Sequence record: CM069771.1
Strand: one strand, 5' to 3'
DNA length: 32,000 nucleotides
A program made the translations under genes and the position numbers. Each line of letters begins with the position of its first letter. The first letter of the stretch is position 1. Under the pieces are notes generated by a model. It had not been told where the DNA came from, ran no database searches, and saw only the letters and a program-made list of their open reading frames with translations. Positions 26,062 to 32,000 of the stretch are shown here, piece by piece.

Positions 26062-28064
26062 TAAATTTAATATTACCATTAATAGGAAGTATTGTAACAG
26101 GGATATTAGGACATAAATTAGGAAATAGAATAAGTATTCAAATAGCGGTTGGATGTATGATGTTAACGGCATTAAGTAGCTTGTATATTGGTTATGAAAT
26201 CTTATTATGTAATAGTGTAGTACATTTTAAATTAGGAACCTGGATGCAAGTAGGAAGTCTAAATGTAGAATATGGCTTATTATATGATAGTTTAACAAGT
26301 ATTATGATAATAGTGATAACGAGTATATCAAGTATGGTACATTTATATTCAATGGATTATATGAAAGCAGATCCACATAAAACAAGATTTTTTTCATATT
26401 TATCATTGTTTACATTTTTTATGATGTTATTAGTAACAGCAGATAACTTTGTCCAATTATTTTTTGGATGGGAAGGAGTTGGAATAATGTCTTATTTATT
26501 AATAAATTTTTGGTATACAAGATTACAAGCAAATAAATCGGCATTAAAAGCAGTAATATTAAATAGATTTGGAGATTTTGGATTATTTTTTGGAATTTTA
26601 TTAGTCTTTTTAGTATTTAAAAGTGTAGATTTTTCTGTAATATTTACAGTAGCACCTTTTGTAACGGAATATACAATAAATTTAATCGGATATGAAGTAA
26701 ATGCCATTACATTAATAGGAAGCTTTATAGTAATAGGAGTAGTTGGAAAATCAGCGCAATTAGGATTACATATGTGGTTGCCAGATGCAATGGAAGGACC
26801 AACACCAGTATCAGCATTATTACATGCAGCAACAATGGTAACTGCAGGAGTATTCTTAGTATTAAGAACATCACCATTATTAAGTTATTCAATAACGATC
26901 TTAAATATATTAACAATAATAGGGGCGTTAACAACGTTATTTGCAACAACAATAGGAATAGTTCAAAATGATATAAAAAGAGTAATTGCGTATTCAACCT
27001 GTAGTCAATTAGGATATATGATATTTGCATGTGGATTATTAAATTATAATGCAAGTATCTACCATTTAACAACACATGCATTTTTTAAAGCATTATTATT
27101 TTTAAGTGCAGGATCCGTAATCCATGGATTAAATGATGAACAAGATATGAGAAAAATGGGAGGATTAGTAAATTTAATGCCATTAACGTATCAATGTATG
27201 TTAATAGGTACTTTAGCATTAACGGGATTTCCATTTTTATCAGGGTATTATTCCAAAGATATCATATTAGAAACAAGTTATGCAACTTACTATTGGGAAG
27301 GTACCTTTGCAGCAATAATAGGATATGTAGCGGCATTTGGAACAACCTTTTATTCATTTCGATTATTAATCTTAACATTTTTTAATAAACCAAGAATGTC
27401 ATATAAAACGATACAAGGAGTACATGAAGCAAGTACAAAAATGGTAATTCCATTAGTAATCTTAGCAATTTGTAGTATATTTATTGGATATATAACAAAA
27501 GACTTATTTGTAGGATTAGGAACACCAGTATGGAATAATTCATTTTATGCATATCCATATAATAATTTAATATTAGAATCAGAAGTATTACAAAGAGAAT
27601 TAAAATTATTACCATTATTTGCATTTATCTATGGAGTAATAACACCAGTATTATTTTATTATAATATTAAAGAAGCGCGAATGCAAGACGTAGTAATGAC
27701 AGAAAGTACAAAAGAAAGTTATTTCTTTTTTGTAAAAAAATGGTATTTTGATTTCTTATCAAGAGTTTTAATAGTAGTTCCATTTTTTCATTTATCTTAT
27801 GATGTAATGAATAAAGAATTAGATAAAGGATTATGGGAACAAATAGGAGTAACCGGAGTGGCAACAGCATTAGTAAAAGAATTTACAGAATTTAAATTAA
27901 ATAATGAAACGACAATCTCAACATATATTAGTTATATAGTACAGGCAATCATAATGATAATTGTAGTAGGATTATTCTCGTATGTAGCAGGAGTTATATA
28001 TATGGAATTATATATTCTAATAGGTATCATTTACATTTGTATTAATAAACCAAACAAGTCGTAG
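26052..28064 (+). CDS. nad5: NADH dehydrogenase subunit 5
   Basis: 670 aa with FFGWEGVGIMSYLLINFWYTR, KSAQLGLHMWLPDAMEGPTPVSALLHAATMVTAGVFL, AYSTCSQLGYM and THAFFKALLFLSAGSVIH. It overlaps nad11 by 10 nt. Confidence 0.97.
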   Translation: MYIVNLILPLIGSIVTGILGHKLGNRISIQIAVGCMMLTALSSLYIGYEILLCNSVVHFKLGTWMQVGSLNVEYGLLYDSLTSIMIIVITSISSMVHLYSMDYMKADPHKTRFFSYLSLFTFFMMLLVTADNFVQLFFGWEGVGIMSYLLINFWYTRLQANKSALKAVILNRFGDFGLFFGILLVFLVFKSVDFSVIFTVAPFVTEYTINLIGYEVNAITLIGSFIVIGVVGKSAQLGLHMWLPDAMEGPTPVSALLHAATMVTAGVFLVLRTSPLLSYSITILNILTIIGALTTLFATTIGIVQNDIKRVIAYSTCSQLGYMIFACGLLNYNASIYHLTTHAFFKALLFLSAGSVIHGLNDEQDMRKMGGLVNLMPLTYQCMLIGTLALTGFPFLSGYYSKDIILETSYATYYWEGTFAAIIGYVAAFGTTFYSFRLLILTFFNKPRMSYKTIQGVHEASTKMVIPLVILAICSIFIGYITKDLFVGLGTPVWNNSFYAYPYNNLILESEVLQRELKLLPLFAFIYGVITPVLFYYNIKEARMQDVVMTESTKESYFFFVKKWYFDFLSRVLIVVPFFHLSYDVMNKELDKGLWEQIGVTGVATALVKEFTEFKLNNETTISTYISYIVQAIIMIIVVGLFSYVAGVIYMELYILIGIIYICINKPNKS

Positions 28065-28110
28065 TAAAGTAAAGTAAGCATTATTAAAATAAAGCATTAG
28101 TACTAGCAAT

Positions 28111-28155
28111 ATGGGAGTATACGTTGGTGAACGTATGCGAGCCAGGCTCACCCAT
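28111..28155 (+). other. GC-rich structured element (closing stem plus two hairpins) in the nad5-trnF spacer
   Basis: The closing stem is atggg (28111-15) paired with cccat (28151-55). Hairpin 1 is atacgtt-ggtg-aacgtat (28119-36, 7 bp). Hairpin 2 is gagc-cag-gctc (28139-49, 4 bp). Confidence 0.5.
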
Positions 28156-28172
28156 GTATTATGAATCACCTC

Positions 28173-28246
28173 GTTTAGGTAACTCAGTTGGTTAGAGTGA
28201 AAGACTGAAAATCTTTAAGTCGGTGGTTCGAATCCACTCCTAGACA
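28173..28246 (+). tRNA. trnF: tRNA-Phe (anticodon GAA)
   Basis: 74 nt. Acceptor gtttagg/cctagac, D arm actc-agttggtta-gagt, anticodon stem-loop aaaga-ctGAAaa-tcttt, T arm ggtgg-ttcgaat-ccact. Confidence 0.92.
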
Positions 28247-28271
28247 AAAACAAAATTTATAAAAGAAAAGA

Positions 28272-29123
28272 ATGAGAATAAAAAAAAATAGAACAAAATT
28301 TATAAAGAGATATAATATGGATATGGGAGAATTAAAACAATATCAAGGATATACAAATACACGATTAAATATAATATCCAATAAGGTATTTTTATTAAAG
28401 AAGGAATTATATCCGTTAAAAAAACCCCGAAAAAAACAAAAATTACAAAAGAGAAAAGTAACAACATATAAAAGAAAAAAATTAAAGAGAATATTACATT
28501 TATTGTTTAGAATAGGAGGGAAAATTTATAGAAAAAAAATAAAAAAGAAAAAAATAAATTTAAAAAAACAAGAAGAACCATTTTATCAAAAATTAATGGT
28601 ATATAGATTATTTAGAAGATTTTATATAAACTTAAAATTAAAACAATTAAAAACCTTATATAAAAAATATAAAGGAAAAGAGGAGCAAATAATACAACAA
28701 TTAGAAAAAAGATTAGATATGATATTATTAAGAAGTGGATTTGTAAGAAGTATATATGAAGCACGACAACTAATAAATCATAAAAACATCTTAGTAAATG
28801 GAAAAGTAGCAAGCGTTCCTGGATATGCAATAAAAGTTGGGGATATGATCAGTTTTAAAGAAGGAAGTCAAAAAAGGGGATTGATAAAAAGAATAAAAAA
28901 ATTATTATTTCCAGGAATAATTAGAAGAGGACAAGTAGAAAGAAAATGTAAAAGAAGAGTAAGAGCAACCGGACCAAATTATTTAGAAATCTCATATAGA
29001 TTATTATTGATAAATTTAATAATGGAACCAAAATTAACAGCAATAAAATACCCATTTACATTATATCCAGATAAAAATATACATTTTATAAGTTTATTAA
29101 AAAAATATAAACGAATAAGATAA
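28272..29123 (+). CDS. rps4: Ribosomal protein S4 with a Lys-rich N-terminal region
   Basis: 283 aa. The S4 RNA-binding domain reads LEKRLDMILLRSGFVRSIYEARQLINHKNILVNGKVASVPGYAIKVGDMISFKE. Confidence 0.93.
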   Translation: MRIKKNRTKFIKRYNMDMGELKQYQGYTNTRLNIISNKVFLLKKELYPLKKPRKKQKLQKRKVTTYKRKKLKRILHLLFRIGGKIYRKKIKKKKINLKKQEEPFYQKLMVYRLFRRFYINLKLKQLKTLYKKYKGKEEQIIQQLEKRLDMILLRSGFVRSIYEARQLINHKNILVNGKVASVPGYAIKVGDMISFKEGSQKRGLIKRIKKLLFPGIIRRGQVERKCKRRVRATGPNYLEISYRLLLINLIMEPKLTAIKYPFTLYPDKNIHFISLLKKYKRIR

Positions 29124-29142
29124 GTAAAAAAAATAGAGTAGG

Positions 29143-29224
29143 ATTCACTTGGCGAAATCGGTAGACGCGATAGACTTAAAATCTATTTCTAATTAGAGTA
29201 TCAGTTCAAGTCTGATAGTGAGCA
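29143..29224 (+). tRNA. trnL: tRNA-Leu (anticodon TAA) with a long variable arm
   Basis: 82 nt. D arm gcg-aaatcggtaga-cgc, anticodon stem-loop ataga-ctTAAaa-tctat, 13-nt variable arm, T arm atcag-ttcaagt-ctgat. Acceptor attcact/agtgagc has an A1:C72 mismatch. Confidence 0.9.
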
Positions 29225-29244
29225 AAAGGACAGAAAAAGGAAGA

Positions 29245-30231
29245 ATGATAAAAAAAATCAACGTAAGAAAGGCAGTAGTAATAAAACAAAGTAATGCAGA
29301 TTACATCTATAAAACGGAAATGTATATAGGAGAACTAGCATGGAGATGGAATCCTAAATTAAAAAGCTATATATATACAAAAACGAATAAGATACATATC
29401 ATAAATATACCAGAATTAATCAGAGTATTTGTAAAAGCATTTGGATTATTAAGTGAGGTAATACGATATAGAGGAAGATTTGTAGTAGTAGCAAATAATA
29501 GTGCCAATGGGCAGACAATATTAAACTTAGTAAAGAAAACAAGACAACCATCAGTAAAAAATCCGTACCATGCTGGGGGTTTAACAAGAAAAAAAGAAAA
29601 TATTAGACAATATTTAGAATTAAAAAAAGGATTAACAAATATACAAGTAAGAAAGAAATTTATAGTACAATTACTAGGATTACAGGGAATGTCAGCAAAA
29701 CCACCATTAATGTTAATTTTAGATGCGAAACAAGGAGAACATTTATTAAATGAGTGTAAGTTGAGAGGAATAAGTACAATAGCATGTGGCGATACAACAT
29801 TAAATTTACCAAAAATAACATATCCAGTAGTAGGAAATTTTAAAGGTAGAGTCCAAAGAATAGCAGTATTATTATTAATGTATCATGCAATATTTGATGG
29901 GATGCGACAAGAATTATTACAGTTTGCAAATTATAGTACTCAAGTAAAAACTTTAAAAAAGATAGTGGTACAAGGATGTATACAGGCACATTATCGAAAA
30001 GAGGTATGTGACGGAATAAAGAAGGAATATAATAGAAAAAAAGTAGTAGCAAAAGAAAAGAAAATTCAAGCAAATACAAGAAAGTGGGAAGAAGAGGAAC
30101 AGAACAGAAAAGAAGCGATAAAAAAAGAAGAAGAGAGAAACCGGTTAGGGAATAATAGCAATAAGAGTATAAAAGGAAATGTAGAAACATTTTTTGGAGA
30201 AGACAACATAAAAAAGAATGAATTTAATTGA
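29245..30231 (+). CDS. rps2: Ribosomal protein S2 with a Glu/Lys-rich C-terminal extension
   Basis: WRWNPKLKSYIY..TNKIHIINIPELI...GRFVVVANN matches the S2 pattern HQTRRWNPKMKPYIFG.RNGIHIIDLEKT...ILFVGTK. I place the start at ATG 29245, because the track's GTG at 29218 lies inside trnL. Confidence 0.9.
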   Translation: MIKKINVRKAVVIKQSNADYIYKTEMYIGELAWRWNPKLKSYIYTKTNKIHIINIPELIRVFVKAFGLLSEVIRYRGRFVVVANNSANGQTILNLVKKTRQPSVKNPYHAGGLTRKKENIRQYLELKKGLTNIQVRKKFIVQLLGLQGMSAKPPLMLILDAKQGEHLLNECKLRGISTIACGDTTLNLPKITYPVVGNFKGRVQRIAVLLLMYHAIFDGMRQELLQFANYSTQVKTLKKIVVQGCIQAHYRKEVCDGIKKEYNRKKVVAKEKKIQANTRKWEEEEQNRKEAIKKEEERNRLGNNSNKSIKGNVETFFGEDNIKKNEFN

Positions 30232-30514
30232 TTTAATTTTAATAGGTATATATGTAACAGGGATAGTAGGGCTGATATTAAATAAAAATAATATAATAAA
30301 TATATTAATAATATCAGAATTAAATTTAGGAACAATCGGGATGTTATTTGTAATAGCATCAGTAGAATTAAATGATATATTAGGAGAATTAAGTGGTTTA
30401 TATATATTAACGTTCACCGCAGCAGAATCAGCAATAGGATTAGCAATAGTAGTAATCTTATATAGTAAAACGGGAATAATAAATATAAGGCATTTAAATA
30501 AATTAAAAGGATAA
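30218..30514 (+). CDS. nad4L: NADH dehydrogenase subunit 4L
   Basis: 98-aa three-helix hydrophobic protein with LNKNNIINILIISELNLGTIGMLFV ... LTFTAAESAIGLAIVV, typical of ND4L/NuoK. It overlaps rps2 by 14 nt. Confidence 0.93.
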   Translation: MNLIDLILIGIYVTGIVGLILNKNNIINILIISELNLGTIGMLFVIASVELNDILGELSGLYILTFTAAESAIGLAIVVILYSKTGIINIRHLNKLKG

Positions 30515-30534
30515 ATTACTCTTATCAAGGAAAG

Positions 30535-30616
30535 GTTGATATGGCGAAATTGGTAGACGCGGGGGTCTTAGAAGCCTCTCTTAGAAAAGGTGGGAGTTCA
30601 AGTCTCCCTATCAGGA
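30535..30616 (+). tRNA. trnL: tRNA-Leu (anticodon TAG) with a long variable arm
   Basis: 82 nt. D arm gcg-aaattggtaga-cgc, anticodon stem-loop ggggt-ctTAGaa-gcctc, T arm gggag-ttcaagt-ctccc. Acceptor gttgata/tatcagg has a G1:G72 mismatch. Confidence 0.9.
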
Positions 30617-30629
30617 AGAAGAGTAAACT

Positions 30630-30702
30630 GGGGACATAGTTGAAATTGGTATAATATGGGTGTTGCATACCCGAGTCATGGGTTCGAGCCCCATTGTCTC
30701 CA
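30630..30702 (+). tRNA. trnA: tRNA-Ala (anticodon TGC)
   Basis: 73 nt. Acceptor ggggaca/tgtctcc carries the G3:U70 Ala identity pair. Anticodon stem-loop tgggt-gtTGCat-acccg, T arm atggg-ttcgagc-cccat. Confidence 0.92.
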
Positions 30703-30703
30703 G

Positions 30704-30775
30704 GCTCTTTTCGTCTAGTGGTGAGGACATTGGCTTTTCATGTCAAGAACATGAGTTCGATTCTCATAAGGAGCA
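30704..30775 (+). tRNA. trnE: tRNA-Glu (anticodon TTC)
   Basis: 72 nt. Acceptor gctcttt/aaggagc, D arm gtc-tagtggtgag-gac, anticodon stem-loop ttggc-ttTTCat-gtcaa, T arm atgag-ttcgatt-ctcat. It begins 1 nt after trnA. Confidence 0.92.
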
Positions 30776-30844
30776 AAATACCACAGATCACGACAAGATG
30801 AGTAAGCGGCTCATGAGAAAAGGTAAACAATAATAAAAAAGAAA

Positions 30845-32000
30845 ATGATAACAATAACAGCAATAACAGCAATAGAATTAATGAATATAGTAATAGGAAT
30901 AGCAATCGTAGTAACAATGTTTTTAAATAAACTAGTACCGGCCAAAAAAAATCAACGAATGTTTATATTAGGAGTACAAGGGATATTAATAATCTTAAGT
31001 GGAATAATGTTAATAGGCGTAGAGGGTTCGGAGTTAATAAACAAAATAAGTCCATATATTAATATGGTAACAGTATATAGTAATAATGTAAATATAAATA
31101 TCGGTTATAATGTAGATGGGATTAGTGCAATCTTTATAGTATTAACAATAGTATTAATAGTAAGTTGTATACTTATTAGTACAAAAGCAATAAAAGAAAA
31201 ACAACAACAACAATTTCAAATAATGTTATTATTAACAGAAGTATTAATAATAAATTTTTTTGCGGCAACAGATTTAGTACAATTATATATCGTATATGAA
31301 GCGGTATTAATACCAATGGTAATAATGATAGGTGTATGGGGATCTAGAACAGAAAGAAAAATAGCGGCATTTCAAATATTAATATATACTTTAATAGGAA
31401 GTATATTTATGTTAATGTCAATAGGAATATTATATAGTACATTAGGAACAACTGATTATATAATGATAAGAGAATACATAGATGTATTACCAGAAAATTT
31501 AAGAAAACTAATATTTATAGGATTTTTTGTAGGTTTTGCAGTAAAAATCCCAATAGCACCATTACATTTATGGTTATTAAGAGCCCACGTAGAAGCCCCA
31601 ACAGCAGGATCAGTATTATTAGCAGGAATATTATTAAAATTAGGAGGTTATGGATATATAAGATATAATATAGGATTATTTCCAGATTTATGTGAATATT
31701 ATTTTCCAATAATAGGAGGAATCTGTTTAATATCAATAATATATACAGGAATAGCAACATTAACACAATTAGATGTAAAAAGAATAGTGGCCTATTCATC
31801 AATATCACATATGAATGTAATCGTATTAGGATTATTTAGTGGTGTTTTACAAGGAATAGAAGGGGGAATCATTTTAATGATAGGACATGGAATAGTATCA
31901 GGAGGGTTATTTTTATGTATTGGAGTGATCTATGATAGATGTAAAACAAGAATTTTATATGCATATAATAATTTAGTACATGTAATGCCAATAATGGCAA
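30845..32000 (+). CDS. nad4: NADH dehydrogenase subunit 4, 3'-truncated by the window edge
   Basis: It is absent from the ORF track because no stop is reached. My translation from ATG 30845 stays open to nt 32000. It contains IGVWGSRTERKIAAFQILIYTLIGSIFML, PIAPLHLWLLRAHVEAPTAGSVLLAGILLKLGGYGYIRY and DVKRIVAYSSISHMN, all ND4/NuoM hallmarks. Confidence 0.93.
   Translation, partial: MITITAITAIELMNIVIGIAIVVTMFLNKLVPAKKNQRMFILGVQGILIILSGIMLIGVEGSELINKISPYINMVTVYSNNVNINIGYNVDGISAIFIVLTIVLIVSCILISTKAIKEKQQQQFQIMLLLTEVLIINFFAATDLVQLYIVYEAVLIPMVIMIGVWGSRTERKIAAFQILIYTLIGSIFMLMSIGILYSTLGTTDYIMIREYIDVLPENLRKLIFIGFFVGFAVKIPIAPLHLWLLRAHVEAPTAGSVLLAGILLKLGGYGYIRYNIGLFPDLCEYYFPIIGGICLISIIYTGIATLTQLDVKRIVAYSSISHMNVIVLGLFSGVLQGIEGGIILMIGHGIVSGGLFLCIGVIYDRCKTRILYAYNNLVHVMPIMA

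Noticed and set aside
26774-27385. + strand ORFs 26774..26971 and 27194..27385.
   Set aside because: They are alternative frames entirely inside nad5, whose own frame carries the conserved ND5 motifs.
29218-29244. N-terminal 9 codons of the track ORF for rps2, which starts at GTG 29218.
   Set aside because: Its first 7 nt lie inside trnL-TAA (29143..29224). ATG 29245 is the first start downstream of the tRNA.
30798-30814. Small hairpin atgag-taagcgg-ctcat in the trnE-nad4 spacer.
   Set aside because: A 5-bp stem is easily produced by chance, and there is no supporting context. I noted it but do not consider it a supportable feature.
3069-31808. Dozens of minus-strand ORFs of 60-200 aa rich in Leu/Phe/Ile, for example 16372..16977, 24170..24718, 22340..22771, 30145..30528, 10058..10438 and 7553..7885.
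   Set aside because: Each lies antisense to a well-supported + strand gene. The coding strand is A-rich (AAA/GAA/AAT codons), so its complement is T-rich and has few stop codons. That produces long low-complexity L/F/I reading frames by chance. None carries a recognisable motif.
1-32000. A search for CRISPR arrays, insertion sequences or transposases, integrases, group I/II introns, homing endonucleases, and prokaryotic defence or toxin-antitoxin modules.
   Set aside because: None was found. There are no spaced direct-repeat arrays and no LAGLIDADG, GIY-YIG, reverse-transcriptase or DDE motifs in any long ORF. All conserved genes are colinear with their homologues, with no interruptions. The window is a mitochondrial genome segment, not a prokaryotic accessory island.

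Overview
This window is an AT-rich, very compact organellar genome in which every recognisable gene lies on the + strand. Gene content is mitochondrial: nad1, 4 (partial), 4L, 5, 6, 7, 9 and 11; atp6 and atp9; a small-subunit rRNA; 16 tRNAs; and a long bacterial-order ribosomal-protein cluster (rpl11 ... rps12-rps7-rpl2-rps19-rps3-rpl16-rpl14-rpl5-rps14-rps8-rpl6-rps13 ... rps11, with rps4 and rps2 further on).

Several features together match my memory of dictyostelid social-amoeba mtDNA (Dictyostelium/Polysphondylium type). They are mtDNA-encoded nad7/nad9/nad11, TGG for Trp with TGA used as a stop, single-strand coding, an rps3 split into a short N-terminal ORF plus a giant lysine-rich ORF, and tRNAs with mismatched 5' acceptor ends. 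I cannot assign a species without a database search.

I saw no introns, CRISPR arrays, transposases, or prokaryotic defence or biosynthetic loci.

The most unusual items are:
- a GC-richer ORF with G-ending codons at the left edge (27..623) that does not resemble the rest of the genome;
- hugely expanded ribosomal-protein genes: rps3 is 436 + 1619 codons in one frame split by a single TAA, and rps11 has a 693-aa N-terminal extension;
- seven tRNAs whose only acceptor-stem mismatches sit at 5' positions 1-2, the pattern expected of substrates for 5' tRNA editing;
- a tandem trnI duplication with a compensatory stem change;
- two unassigned ORFs in the ribosomal cluster, one of which looks like a cryptic rpl10;
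- a few long, structured spacers in a genome where many genes abut or overlap.

The many Leu/Phe/Ile-rich minus-strand ORFs in the track mirror the A-rich coding strand and are not genes.
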